Position numbers and translations under genes: made by a program
Notes under the pieces: generated by a model
Database searches by the model: none
Seen by the model: only the letters and a program-made list of their open reading frames with translations
Told to the model about the DNA's origin: nothing
Source of the DNA: Massalongia carnosa
Lineage: Eukaryota
DNA length: 64,000 nucleotides
Assembly (NCBI GenBank): GCA_965645245.1
Contig: OZ287069.1
Coordinates: 1,860,001-1,924,000, forward strand
Direction: 5' to 3'
In this document: positions 1-14,047 of the stretch, one piece after another
Layout of the letters: each line of letters opens with the position of its first letter
Position numbering within the stretch: position 1 is the first letter of the stretch

Positions 1-694
1 AAGAGATAATCTTGTTGGTGTATCAGATCAGCTCCTGCAGATCTACCCTACATCCAATTTTAAGCATCTCTAGAGATCTTTTAAGGCTGTGAAACAAAAC
101 TATTCATCAAACCAATCACTTTTACGAGCATAAAAGAAAGGAATGTCAATGAAAGCATTCGCATTGTATGCCGCAGCTGCTTAAACGCAATGGAAAACGC
201 TCTGAAGCAGGACTGGGTCCTATATTAGCCATATCCATGATCACGAGACATGCTCGTTGAGTTTGGCCGGCAAGCAGCCTTCATATTGTAATTGCACGGA
301 GTTTCTCCATGCGATTATGAGCATTAAATAATTTTTCCTCAACCACAACTCTTGTAGACCCCACTGTACAAGATAGAAGTGTTCACCGAAGACTTTGCAA
401 CACATCTGCTTTGAATCATGAACCAACCATGCCGCTTACATACCCAAAGCGAAAAAGGAGAAAGCATGCACTGTATCTGTGCCCCACACACATCGCTGAT
501 GTCGTAATTTTAAGAATAGGAGCTGAAATTACTCACAGGAGAATGCGAACAATTCTCGAATGCTATCATCAAATTGAATACTAAATCTGATAACTCTTCG
601 CTATCAAGGTTATTTGAAATTTGGATGATCATGCTATCGTGATAAGTATCGTTCTGTCTTCACCTTTACACAAGATTTTTCATGCACTGAGAAT

Positions 695-1483
695 ATGTTG
701 GCTAATCCTTGCGTTATTTTTATTTTTGAAAAATTACTGGGCACGCTTCTAAAGAGCGTTTTGATCAGTGTTGGAATGGTTTTTTCTCGAGGTTTTCCTC
801 TGAAGTTGGAAGGGTTGAACCTTGTCCATGTCATCTACAACCTTTTTTCCCCACCCGCTAGCCTTCTCTCCAGGGCTCAAATCATGAGTAGCGAGCAGGC
901 TACCATACGTAGACGCCTTGTAATAATGAATACCGACAAGAAAGATCAAAGCATTACATGGCCATCTGGAGAGGTGGTACAAATTACTCCGGATGAATTC
1001 TCGTCCATCGGCGCGGCTGTCTTACGAGACATTCATAGTAGTGGCCGTCGTCGCCTCGGTTTATCAAGAAGCAAAGCCTTTTTCGAAACACCTAGCGTTG
1101 AAGATATTTTCACCGTGAATGCCTTGGAATATTCTTGAATACACAAATCGCTATGGCGCGGCCTTTCCCCACGTGCATCGAAGTTCGGGAAGCGCGCCTA
1201 CATTCTCACATCGAGTCGTTGATGGAGAGACTGAAGCGGGATGAGGGGATGCGTAAGTAAAGCCAGGGAGTCCGCAATGGTTGCAAACATTGACACTGTC
1301 CAATGGTTCGACTTCGTAGTCTTTGATATCATCGGCGATCTCGCATTTGGTGAGCCCTTTGGCTGCCTACAAGAGATATTCTATCATCCTTTGATCGCTC
1401 TTTTCTGCACTCATGCCAAAGTTCTCAGTAGGCTACCGATCCCCGTTGGATTTCGCCCCCCGAACCGGGTTATCCCGAGATGA
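695..1483 (+). pseudogene. Cytochrome P450 relic (N-terminal half only)
   Basis: GEVVQITPDEFSSIGAAVLRDIH and WFDFVVFDIIGDLAFGEPFGCL resemble the fungal P450 motifs GxVVRIxPxELS and FDIIGDLxFGEPFGCL. They are separated by a stop at 1136-1138 and a frame change; no ExxR or FxxGxxxCxG motif follows. Confidence 0.7.
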
Positions 1484-2036
1484 TGGATGGAAATTGACCC
1501 CGCGTCCCTGTTCGCTCAGGAAAAACGAGACATAATTGATCCATTCAGGGTTGAGCCTGCCACTGCGTGGGGAGGTAAGTGGCGTGGATGCAGATGCGGT
1601 TCAATGGTTGATACTACCCGAAGCAGCGTCCGATCAGCTGAATATCACTGAGCGTGTAGACTAATTGGGTTACTCTACCCACTTCAATTGAGAAAGGGTG
1701 AATAGAAATGCACAGGGAACAGCGCCGTTGCCTTTGCCTTCCCCAGCATCAATGTCGAATTAAATATAAGCCTCGGAACCGTTGTGCCAAGTAGAAATGT
1801 GTATAAGAAATGGTCCGGTTGCAAAGGGATATGCCATGATGCTGCCATAGACTTTGTGATGGCTGGTTCTATCAAAGTCAAGTTTCCTGATGAGAGCCTT
1901 GAAATAATGCAGAGTAGTGACACCCTCGTCGCCTTAAAAACCAGATAGATCATACTCTGACGGCTTTTCATGCCTGCTGCGTATTAGAAGCTGCCTTTTG
2001 GAAAAGCAAAGGTAATGCCATGTTGCTCCACCAGCA

Positions 2037-2131
2037 TAATCGTCGGCCTCGCTTAGCTGCCTCCATACGAGGTGTACCACCTCTGGAGTGGTACACCTCG
2101 TATGGAGGCAGCTAAGCGAGGCCGACGATTA
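2037..2131. repeat. Perfect 44-bp inverted repeat with 7-nt loop (hairpin A)
   Basis: 2037-2080 TAATCGTCGGCCTCGCTTAGCTGCCTCCATACGAGGTGTACCAC is the exact reverse complement of 2088-2131; loop CTCTGGA. Confidence 0.97.
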
Positions 2132-2391
2132 AAAGCCAACGTGTCGTGTTGCTGCCAAGTTATATTCACGTGGTAGATTCTTGTTAAGTTAGCGCACCGC
2201 GTTTATCTTTTCGGGCCGATGATCCGAGCAGATCCCGGTAATTTCGTTGATTTCGAGTTTCTGATAGCGCCCAAGGTGCGCATCCACCGCTTCAACACCT
2301 TAGCATTACCCTCTCGAACCTATGATCAACCTTCGTTTCTTGTATCATATGACTGCTTTCTACTCTTCACAAATGCCGAAAAGCTCTCACA

Positions 2392-5300
2392 ATGGGGCGC
2401 ATTCGACTTCAAATTCACATTTTGCCTTTGCGGGACTCAGGGAGCACAAGCAATCTAGTGCAGTCAACGCGTCAGGAAGTGATTCTACCATGGACAGAAC
2501 CTTGTCCAGAAGATCTCACCATTCAAGAGCTTTCAGAGAAGATAGTCTCTAGCTTTGCGTCTATACATCCGAACAAAGGGTATTTCTTCCACTACATTGA
2601 AGCTTATGAACTGTATATATCTTGGACTAACTCCTTCCTGCGATCAACTAGGGTCCTGAACCTTCACCATGTCGAAGACTTTTACGGGGGAGCGCTACAA
2701 AGTTCATTGACAGTCGGCGATTGCTTTGATGACCGATCGAACAGTACGAAAATCGAGAATTCCATTGTTAAGGCCTTTCGCTTTCCACCTACTGCTAGCG
2801 AGCTGGATGATCCTCTCTGGTTTGCACCGCTAGCTCCAGAATCATCTGCGCGAATACAGAAGCGCCGTTTGGCGCACTGTGCTCCGCTAGGTTGGGAGAT
2901 TCGGCATAATGGGGATGATGCTCAACCCGGGGATTCTGACCTTCTCACCGCAGACGATAGCAGGGCAACTAAGCGACGCAAGATAGAGCATCCGCTGTTG
3001 CATTCAGTACTCGACCCAGATCCATCTATAATTTCCCATCAAGGGTTTGAAAATAGGGTAAACGGTGCTTCTTGGGTTCCCGCTAGATATCTGTCGCCTG
3101 CACTTCAGATAGCAGATTCTCAAGAATCTCCTTCGAGAAAACGTAAGTATCATAATTTTCGACCGTCGTAGATACTAATTATTCCTTAGAACGAAATCCA
3201 TATGGGACCCCAACATCTTTTTCCCTCCAAAGCCCTTCCGGATTAGTATCATTCAAGAAGAACGACTTTCTTACGATTCCAGACTCACCGCCCAATAGGA
3301 CGACTTCATTCTTGAACGGAGCCGACTTGCACACTGGGCCTTTTGAGCCACCTACCGCAAAATTAGAGTCGCCCGAGTTGGATTCAGCCCCCAATGATAT
3401 CCCCGTGGCAACTTCGAGTAGCACTGCTTTGGAGCACGTACGGGTAGATAGCTCAGCCGGTGAAGTTGGCATTGAGGGGTTAATGCCTGTTTCAGAGTCA
3501 TTGATTAAAGGTTCCACTGAGATGTTGGAGCCGGACGTAACTTCAGGAGGCCAGGATGTGTTTCAAGAGCGAAAGACCAAGCAAGGAGCTGCTAGCCACC
3601 TGTTAGCGAAGCAACGTCTTTTGACAAATTCATCCTTTAGATCTGGGCTTCATGGGATGGATGTCATAAAATCAAGTTCTCGAAACATCTTCGACCTAGT
3701 TGATATAGACAGCGAAAACTCCCAGCAGCTCCCAAGGCCATCCACCTTGGAGGAACCTAACAAAATTCAAAAGTCGAAAATCTTCCCTGCTGAGCCCAAT
3801 GATTTTCTTAGACCAACTCTTCCAAATCCTTGGCCGAGCGACCCAATCGCTTTGAAACCACATGCTTCTCACGAGCGGACTGTTTTATTCCCCAAAGCGA
3901 TCGAAAATAAGGAGTCACCAAATAGTAAAATGAATCATCAAGGCTTCGAAGATAGATTACGGAGCGATAAATACATCCACTCAGAAGACCAAGGTCTCAA
4001 AGTGTCCCAGCAGTATCAGACTAAACTGACCATCGCGCCTAGCGAAGCAAAAGAAAGCGTTCAACCGAATTTAATAGGTAAAGCGGCGAGTGTATATTTT
4101 CATGGCGTTCAGTCGTTGGACAGGCTCCAGCCTTTGCCCCAGACAAGCATGTCTGAAGATCAACAACAAGTGGCTGTAGTCAAGGGCATTTTAGAGTCTA
4201 GCTCGACGGTAAATGGAGAGAGCCAGCTGTTGAGCCTAGGTGTTCAAGTTGATGAGTCTCTCCTAGACGTCACAGATCAACCGAATGTAGTAGTGGATTT
4301 GGAAGGGGTTAAGAAGACTGACAATGATTCTCTAATTTCAAAGGATGTTCTGACAACAAGAGGAAATAAATCCGAGGCTGTTGACTCACATATGGTGGAT
4401 GAACAGGCCAAAGAAGAGAAGCTTGCCGAGAAGGAGACGAAACAAACCAGGCTCCCAAAGGATCAGCAGGCCAGAAAGGATGACTTAGCGGAGGAAATGG
4501 TCGGATTTAGGGAATTGATGGCAAAGAAAAGGGCGGATGACGCAAGATTGGCCAGAATGAAGGCTAAAAACAACAATTCCGTAACTGAAAAAGATACTCG
4601 GGCTACTAAACCAAAAGAGGCGAAAGCTAAAGAGACAAAGCATGTTCAAGAGGCGACACTGGCAGAGAAGAAGATAAATTCTACGAAAGTACATGAGACT
4701 CGAGCTGAAGCAGTGAAGCAAACAGAAGAAAAGGTCCGGGAAGCAAGGCTGGCGAAGAGTAATTCTGACATAGTCAAACTGACGGGGAAACGACAGTCAG
4801 CCAGCCTGGCGGATGGTCCTCAAGGACAAGCAAGAGCCGACATTGGGAACTCCAAGCAAAAAAAGTTGACTGGGGATAAAAAGCTTAGCGGCACGAATAT
4901 TTCGATGTCTTCCTGTCAGAGGGAGCCTTTCGAAATCGAGCGCTCTCAAGCTAGGAGTAAAACTATTTCAACGCTGGACCTAGAGGATAGCAATGAGGGA
5001 AGCCCAACATCAGAAAAGCCTCGATTACGATCAAGAGTCGTAAGCCCAAGAGGGAGCAGTTCTATAGAGCAAAACCCAGCAACTTCAAGGAAATCCTGGG
5101 ACGTTCAGGGCCATGGGAATGTGACCCCTTTGGATACACGAAATGATTCAAATCGCAAGCGAAAATCTATGACTCCCGCCTTCCCTACGTCTTCCGCCAG
5201 CATGCTAAGCCAGGGTAGCATAGTCATCTCGAATGGCAAGCCATCCCGCAATCCGATGATTACTGACAAACTACCACGGAGCGCCCTTCGTCAGACTCCT

Positions 5301-6728
5301 AGTACTGCTCGACGCTCTGTGTCCTTCGCAAGTGACTCCGTCACCGTTCCAGACTTTCAAGTGTCTGCAGCTGCAGTTGCTGTTCCGGATGTTACGCATA
5401 GCAAACCCTGCACCGACTTTGGAGTAAGTTCTTTTAAGGGCGACAGTTTGGCTAAGACTCTGTCAAACTTCAAGACTATAAAGAGTAATCCGAGGAAGCC
5501 CAAAGAGTCCCCTGTGATAGATGCTATAAACGATAAGGGACAAGCTAAGCGCAATATTACAAGAGATGTCAAATTGAAAGGACGTTTGAATAAAGCCCCG
5601 CTTCCTCCCCAACAAACAATATCAGAAGAAATAGTGATTTCTTCGGATAGTGAGGAGTCAGCATCATCTTATTATTCAGATGATGATGTTGAGGCTCGAA
5701 CTTCCAAAGCTGGTCCAAGTAAGCGTCGACGATTGAAATCTCAAGCGCATTCTAGCAAAGAAACTCAAATCAAGATTGAGCCAATCTCACGCTCTTCAAC
5801 TCCTCCCAAGAATATTACCAGACCTATTATGAAGCAATCCCCACCTACAATCAATAAAAATGCGAAGCTTATATCCAAGCAATCTTCGACTATAGCTCCT
5901 CAAGTCAAACAACTGGATCAGGAGCTCTCCACCGCTCTGGTAACGGTGATTAGCAAGGCTGAGAAAAATCAACCATCTGCATCCCAACTTAAGGCCGGTA
6001 AGCCCGATAGCAAGCGCTCCCCAACTCTGGATGGAAATATTGATCCTCAGATACTTGCATTTGAGCCCTCTGAGACATCAAGCCCTCGTGCGCCTGCTCT
6101 ATACATGTCCAGAGCTGTGTCGCTCAGCTCCGGCTCTACCAACAGTAGCATGTCTGGCTCTGAATCTGAGGATGGTAATGGCTCATCGCCGATGCAAACA
6201 GAAACCATCCTAGTGAAAAAGGGAGAGGCTAGCCATGGAAGGGTGTCTGGCGGCACCAAGGACAATATTCAGATCTTGCAGGAAAACTCTACCGTACAAA
6301 ACGGCAGCGGATTCTCCTCCCGGTCGTCCAAAGCGTCCTCTATCAGTTCCCGCAGTTCCGAAATAACAGAGCGTAGTGCCTCAAAGCAGACCGAGTGCGA
6401 GGCTGATGAGCAGTTACAACGAGAATCTCGTCAGTCGACAGAACCTTATCGCCTCGAGGACTCAAAATCGGTGCTCCTTAATCCAGTCGTAGCCGGCAAA
6501 CTCAGGAATCCGGCTTCTAAAGCCCGTCCGGCCAATTCCCGTTATCCAAGCATGACCGAGCTAATGAACAAACGATCAGCAGAGGTAATGTCTCGACCAC
6601 TCAGCCACCGCCCAGATTACATTACACCATCAAAGTTCGGCCGATCTAAGGAAGCGGCTCTTTCTCCGTTCAGCGTCTCTGGCTCCAGCAGCAGTGCGTT
6701 ATCAAGCAGTGATGATGGTGACAGTTGA
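2392..6728 (+). CDS. Large low-complexity protein with probable Net1/Dnt1/Tof2-type N-terminal domain (putative nucleolar Cdc14-binding protein)
   Basis: ORFs 2392 and 3312 join in frame through introns 2580-2651 and 3143-3189 (GT..CTAA..AG). The N-terminus RLQIHILP..LTIQELSEKIVSSFASIHP..LHHVEDFYGGAL..TVGDCF resembles the Net1/Dnt1 N-terminal domain; the rest is S/K/E-rich. The gene is well supported, the family call less so. Confidence 0.6.
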
Positions 6729-7316
6729 GGGTGCGTCATGTCTTATTAGTTCCCTCGTATTCGTTGTATTTGTGGGCTGTCAAGAAAGGTGGTTGCCATG
6801 ATGCGTCGTCAGCGAAAAACGAAATGTACATTACGAAGATGCCGATTACAGATTCTAGGATATATTTTGCTCATAAAGATTGGGCTTGGATGAAACTAAA
6901 CATGAATCGGAGGCGTTGCTCTGGCTGCATATTTGGTGACCCCCTTCGAGGAGGGCAATACTAGTTGAGGCAATAATAGGGTTAGTGCTTGTACCCATTA
7001 TTCGTGTTTATGATTTACAACAGCTATATCAATTATCTGGTGAGGTACTCAGCAGGGCGCATTCGAATCCTATCATGGTTTATTGATGCGCCACGTCAAC
7101 TACGTATAGTCGATGCCTCCAAATTGAATTTATACCTAAGTATTTTGACCCTTCTTCCAGCTCGTTGGTTTTTATGAGCCAAGTGCCGTTCTAGAGTCGA
7201 GATACCAATTTTTTATCCACAACTGCATTTAAGAAGAGGAGTTTATGAGGTTGCCTTGGACTTCTCTTCGTTTTCAATCAGATTCTTGCTCATTCTTGGC
7301 AAGAAAAAAACCTAAC

Positions 7317-10300
7317 ATGGTGATCAGTTCCGTTTTGCTGTTGCTCTTGGGAACAGACACGTTTGTTAGTCCTCCGCTAGTGCCTGTCATATTTTGTCGT
7401 GCCGATGTCTGCCCCGATGTCACTGTCGTTGTGACGGTGACCCAAAGCGTAACAGCTAGCAGTCTGCCATTACCTGTGTCAACTTTTCCTTCTACGGAGC
7501 TATTGAGCAAGTTCACAGAGTCCCGACAACCCCATGATCTTGACCCTTTCCTCTCCGACCTTGGCGATCCCTTCCACGGACCTGAGCAATATATTACCTA
7601 CTGTACCAACAGCGCCATTACCGCCCCTTGGGCTATCCCTAAGCACATTCTTGCCTAGCCTTCGAGTGCTCTTTTCCACCAGCGGGGACAGTCTGTAGCT
7701 ACTATTGACGGCATCTTTAATCGATAGTCTTACTACCTCTTCATGGACAAACTCTATTGTTCCATCTTTGCAGTCAATTAAGATCCTAACTCCCACTATT
7801 TCCGTATCGATCTTGCTCCCCTCACGCAAATTTACGGTAGTGTCGCCAATACCTCCTACCCTCTCTGCAGAATCCCTACCGACGACCATTTCGCCAACGG
7901 TCGTCCTACTTTACACGTCCAACTGTACTTTCAACGCGGACTCCCTAACCATTTCCTTGGAAACAGCATCATCTGTGATGGCTTCGTCACCGACGAGATT
8001 TTTTGCCAACCCTTATACCCATCCTTTCATCAACCTTCTCGCAAGTGATTCCTTCCGAAAACCCCCCATTACAGAAATTCTTCTTTATCCACCCTTTCAG
8101 CACTTCCTCGCTGTCGCTCTCGATCTTCTCAAAAATAGATCCATCGCTAACGGTATCTAGACCTATGTATTCCTCGATCCGATCCCTGTTCTTGCTAACA
8201 GCCTCATCTGAAATGATTGATTTCTGATCCCAATGCATTAAGCCTCTCGTCACTATCAGTTCCAACCCTGTTGAATTCTTTACCTTCGCTTTTATCAAGC
8301 CCCTCTTCTCTATCAATTAACTCTCTAACGGTTTTCTCATTTGAGAGTTCCATCCATAAAAATCCCCTCATATGTCTTCAACAACGCTCCCTGCTATGAC
8401 GGTTTCTTCTTTAGGAGAATCTTCATTAATGATTCCCTCCTCATCTATACCATCTATAACAATCTCACCACCCATAATTTCTCTTCAAATGCTTGTGTCA
8501 CCCCTCTCTGTGGAAATTGCTTCAATGATCACAGTATTCGATGTTTCAATCTCAACACTCCCTTCTAAGACAATCCTACCAATAACAAGTCCTTCTCTGA
8601 CGATCTCCTCACCAATAATCCCCTCATTATCTGTATCTTTACCTACTGGTTCTCCACTAATTACATCATCTTTGACAGCTCCCTCACCTATGTTTTCCTC
8701 ATTCCCTCCCTCAACCATAACAACTCCCTCAGGAACGGACTTATCCAGCACATTTCCTTCATTAACGATTTATTTATCAACAACTCCTTCACCAGCTATA
8801 TCATCGTTAATTAGCTCTTTACTTATGTTGTCTTTGGTGGCTCGTCCTTCAACCCTCTCTCTACCAACAGTATTTATGCTAGATTCGTTATCATAAATTT
8901 GTTCATTTCTACATTACCTTTAACATCTTCAACCTCTGATGATTCCTTACTCCCGAAATTATCTATGCCATTTCTAAGCCTGACCTCTACAGGTATACCG
9001 GTTGCCCTGTCCTCATTCTCGCTTCCTGCCACACTACCAACGACCGCAATTTCTATTGATCCTACATTTTCACTATCTATATTAATACTACCCTCCATAC
9101 CAACTTTATCAAGCGTTAGTGTAGCCTCGTCGATCTTATTTATCTTGCCAAGTGATGCCATCTCGATACCGCTCCCAACAACGCTGCAAACCATTGTCTC
9201 CATATCCATGGCCTCGCTAACAAGTTTAGTTTCCATACTCTATCAAAACTCACCAGCCCGACTATTATATTACCAGGCTCAGACTCTCCCAGTACTTCAA
9301 ACCCAGCTTTGCCAATTGCTATACCCTCACTGAGTAGCTTTAGCACCAATCTTGGGAATATCAGCTTAGTCCCTACCAGCAGATTTCCCGAAACGTCGCC
9401 TCTACCCACTAGATACACGATTTTTCAATGTTATTTGAGCTCGATCACCTTGCGAGGGTCCTCGATTCCTTCTATAAATGGCATCTTAACTTTATTACCT
9501 GAATGCATAGATCTTCAATGCACTCTGACATCAATCGCATTGGCGGGAGCGTCGACTGCTACCACCAATACTGTTATCACGCATCCAAGACCCACGCTTC
9601 CCAACTCCACAACTCCACGCTTCCAAACATCGCGGATCCAACTACATCGGCCCCTATCATCATGCTCCCTGTTACCAGCCCTTCAAGTATGTCTCTTCTA
9701 AACATGACGCTTTCAAGCTTCACGCTTCCAATAGTGTTGCTAAGTGATTCAATCTCGGTATCTTTGCAAGTTGTTACTCTGTCCAATGTCCTGCCCTTAA
9801 GCATCATACAACCGTTTCATTTCCGAGCGACTCGGTTTCGATACCTTTACCAAGCGTTTCCCTTCCGGACATTGCGCCTACAAGGCTTCGTACAAGTTTG
9901 CCAACGACCATCGTCCCCATCATTAACATATCATCCATTACGACTCCTGCTGTGGTCATCTCCACCCTCAGTGTCTCAACTGCTTCATCTTTCACTGAGC
10001 CCATAGTTGTTCTCACCACCACCAGCATTCTATTCGTTACCATTCCCGTTGCAGTATTACCTACCATCAGTATTTCAATCGACCCAACTCTCGATGGTTC
10101 ATCTGTCAGTGTCGCCGTTAATCTATCTCCTAGAAGATCCACAGCTAATTTACCAACCATTACCGTTCCCAATGTGGTTGTACCCACCCGCAATGTCCCA
10201 ATCAACACATTCATATGGATGGCTATGAGCAACATATCATTAATTACTATTCTTGCTGTGGCTATACCGACCTTCGGTGTTTCGATCAAGCCATCCGTCA

Positions 10301-11507
10301 GCGTGCCCACCCTCGTCCTTCCTACGATCAGTGTTCCATCTCTTTCTGCTAGTATATCCGTCAGCATACCATCTGTGGTCATTTCCACTCAGCGTGAGAA
10401 TTACCCCATCTGTCAGCCTACCTTCGGGGGTTCTCCCTGCCATCAGTATTCCCACAAATATTATCCCTGTTTTCTTTGTTCCAAGTATTACCAAGCCCGC
10501 TGTCATCACCTCCACGCCCTCACCCACCATAACAACCCTCCCATATGACTTTACTGACCTTCTCTACGTTAGCGCTTCGCTTTCCATGCTTGGCTTTAGT
10601 AGGGGTCTCTGCAAGCATCACAATTATTCCTACCTCCTCTCCGTTGATAAGTTTTGGCGGCACCGTTTCCATTCATATCATCATCTGTCCCGCTCTCTCA
10701 AACTCCTATTCCTGTTGTTACCTTCTCGACTGTTGGTATTCTTTCCGTCAGCATCATGCCAGTACCCATAATTCCCGTCCCTGTTACTCTTGCTATCATA
10801 AAGCCTGGTTTTACTCTGTCGGCTATTATCATCTCCTCATAGGCACAACACTAGCGACCACAACATCGAGTACTCAAACGCTCGTGATCATTACACCTGT
10901 TATAGCCAAGCCGGTCTCTACAATACCCGTCACCATACCGCCGGTGACACTTACCCATGTGACCATAACTCCCGTCACCATCCCGCCAGTCATCATCACT
11001 CCTGTCACAATAATTCCCGTTATCATAACCCGAGCAATTATTTCCCTTGCAGCCACCCTCGCCACCTCCATCACAAAACTCCGCTTCGGCTGCGTCGACC
11101 TAATCTGCTTCAATATTTTCCTCGCCGGCATCGGCCTCAACGCCAACATCCTTCCCACTACCATTACCGGCGGTGCCATCATTGGCGTCGGTGTTAACCT
11201 CGACTTGAATCCCACCACCATCGCTGCCGTTGCCGTCACAGCAAAGCCTAGTACCCTTGTCACGCAAATCTCTTCCCCATCAACCGCCACAACGAGGATA
11301 ACCTCATCACACGCAACGCCAGCTTCAGTGGTATTCACATCATCTAGCATGGTGGCCGTGCTCCCGCTCACCTTCAAGATTGGCATCAGAGAGGAGAGCA
11401 CGCCCGCGATGGAGGAGACGGAAGCGAGTGTAGGGAAGAGAACTGGGGGGGGGGGCGAGAGGAGGTGCCGCTGCCGTGAAGGCTCGGTTAGCTTAACAGA
11501 TCCCTAA
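7317..11507 (+). pseudogene. Decayed secreted Ser/Thr/Pro/Ile-rich mucin/adhesin-like gene
   Basis: Hydrophobic start MVISSVLLLLLG at 7317. The same S/T/P/I/L/V composition (PSISI, PTITV, PVTIP) continues for ~4.2 kb but switches among all three + frames, with many stops. Confidence 0.6.
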
Positions 11508-12841
11508 CCCGCCAAAAAAAATTTGACGCCCTTCTTCATGGTCGGGCATGCTAGTCGGGTCGGGAAAGACCTCGTTTATCAAGATGACCGGGATGGCTAT
11601 CAGGGCACTGGGCCACTTAGAGTACACTGCGCGACAAGATTTTCCAAGCCGTGGTGTTTGTTGTTTTCTCTTACAGAAATTCCAAACAACCATAAACCAA
11701 AACCCAAAGACGAAATACATATCGCGGGCAACCCGGTCCGAAGCTGAAGAACTGCACACAAAACCCCGGACAGACCTTCCTTCTTCTTCTTCTTCCTCCC
11801 TTCTCATTATTTTACTTTCCCTCCTACCCCGGCACGGCACACGTCCGATTTTCCCAAAAAGCACGGGGAAATCGCATCCATATATGCAAACATGCAATGA
11901 TCCCCAACGTATCTGTCGCCTGAGGGTTGGGTAAAAAAAAATTTTAAATCACCTTACTCCTTAATGTTTGTTTATGTGTTTTTTTCCCCGATGGTTTATT
12001 AAATAATGAAATGAGTGGATAAGCTCTTTTCTGGGAGCGGGAGGGGGGAAAGGTTTGGATATGGGATGTGGGATATGGGATATGGGATATGAAATGCATT
12101 GAAGGGGGAAGTGGTGAGTGTGTTATGTAACGTGCAACTTCGGTGGACGATGCAACGGGTTTTCTGAAATAGTATTTAGTGATGGGTTTCGCTTCTTTTT
12201 TTTGGGGGGGGGGGGGGGGGGCTGGCTTTAATGGTACAGGAGCTTCCGAGATTATGGTCAAGTTATGTGTATAGCTGTGTGGACGGGCTTAGGGGGGAAG
12301 GTTCGAGGGGATACATAGGTATTTTGTATGGGATACCTAGGTAGGAGTGACGCATTCCTAGTTGAGGGGGGCGGGGTATGGAGGACATGTGGTTTCATCA
12401 GAAGGGTCGCTGGATCAGCGGGTGGAGGGGAGGGGAAGGGGGGGGGGTTCCGGCAGGCGGGTATGGGGATTAATGTTTTTCTTTGAAGGCAGCTTTTCCG
12501 TATTGAAGGCAAATCTTTATTCTTTTCCAATCGATTGCGGGATTTGTATTCTGAACGCTCTTTGTAGTGCAACACCTGGAAAGAAACCATCGATCGCTGG
12601 CAGTTGTCCATTCTTTAAAATCACGGTCATACAGATCGTTTTTACCATAGTGCCCCAGAGCCATGTATTATTCAACGCCTGCCCGTCCCTGGTTCACCCA
12701 CAGCACCCGGTAACCTCCCTCTCGTCACTACATAGGCGCAGTAAGCGTCAGCTAGAATACTTTAAATAGATGTTGTAAACATCCGGTTTTTATGTTGCGG
12801 TGGGAGAGTTTTGGGGCGGGGGGCGGGGGAAATATCAAGAC

Positions 12842-13703
12842 CTACTTCGTAGCCAGCTGCTCCCAATTGAAGATGAACGCGCCGCCGAAAGCTCCGATCA
12901 GGATGCAGATGATAAAATAGCCGTTGTAGTACATGGCCAGGAGCATGACAAAGTACGCCACTGCGAATTGGATCATGTGCAGGCCAGCGCGGACTAACTG
13001 CTGAAGGAAACTTGGGCGAAAAGGTCGAACGTTGCGGGAGTTTCTCGGTCCATACGGCTGGTTCTCAGAGAATGTCTCATCGACGCGACCCAGGTCTTTG
13101 CTATTGCTATCAGCGCGGCCGGTCGAGGAAGGACTCCTGGACGACGTGTTTTCATGGGCGCTTGAGAAACGGGGGATTTGGTGCTTGAACTGGTCGACAA
13201 TGTAGCGATCATACTCTCGCCCAGCACGACGCAGAAATTCAAGGGAGATCACGAGGAGAATGACTCCGAGGCAGGAGCCTGCAAACATCCCGTTGGAAGT
13301 GATACGCCATGTGGACGAGATGAAACCTAGCATTCCCTGATAAGATACTGACGTTTCACCCAGAACGCTAGGCAGGACGAATAAGTCATGATGATTGACC
13401 TACATGCGTCGACCGTATTCCAGTTCCAAAGCATCTGACATTGATCAGCAAGATTAGACCGACAATCTATCAGCAAGGCAAATATACCGAGATTTTGCAA
13501 AGACTAGCTCCCCCCATACTCATGTGGCTTGTGCTCGTGGGCATAGCCATTACCGCGGTGCTCGCTGCACTTGGAGCCATGTTCATCGCTGTAGTAGAGG
13601 CCATGTCTAGCTTCTATGGCGATGATAAAATGAGTTTGGCTGCAACTCAACAACTAGATGTTGGCTAACACACTCCCTGGACAAAGTCTGTAAAAGCCAT
13701 CAT
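12842..13703 (-). CDS. Ctr-family high-affinity copper transporter
   Basis: Spliced exons give a Met-rich N-terminus (MASTTAMNMA..VMAMP..HMSM), CKIS|MLWNWNTVDA|CFISSTW, the MxxxM motif MLLAMYYNG and GxxxG (GAFGG). Start is either 13703 (extra short exon) or 13604. Confidence 0.92.
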
Positions 13704-13870
13704 TTTCCTGTAGTCTCCGAGAATGAATGTCATCCATATATCTTGAGCGACACTTACCTTGGGATGTAAATTAGTAGGATCCCTGATGCTGTTGAAGGTA
13801 GATGAACCCGAGGCTCACTTCAGGCAATCCCAAAGGCGAGAAGCTAGGGGAACATTAGAGAGAGACTCGA

Positions 13871-13946
13871 ATATTTATAATCAGTTCCCTTTTTGGGGGG
13901 GGGGATTTTGAGCAAGTTGCTGGGATTAAGCAAATATGAGCAAGTT
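13871..13946 (-). promoter_or_regulatory. Putative TATA box plus tandem Mac1/CuRE-like copper-response motifs
   Basis: TTATAAATAT on the minus strand at 13871-13880. Direct repeat TGAGCAAGTT at 13909-13918 and 13937-13946 (minus strand TTGCTCA), with TTTGCTTA between; yeast Mac1 CuRE is TTTGC(T/G)C(A/G). Confidence 0.55.
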
Positions 13947-14047
13947 CCTTCCATCAATCGACTATCGAAGCGAGTGGCCCGATCTTTCATCCCATCATTA
14001 GACCACCCACATGTGCATGGCCTCCCGTGCCTCCTAAGTTGCATCTA

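Noticed and set aside
7274..11401. Many minus-strand ORFs rich in M/V/G/T
   Set aside because: Antisense shadows of the low-complexity plus-strand mucin-like relic.
11440..12460. Poly-G tracts as G-quadruplex elements (also 38.2-39.1 kb)
   Set aside because: Homopolymer runs in 3' and intergenic regions recur throughout this window; nothing specific to support function.
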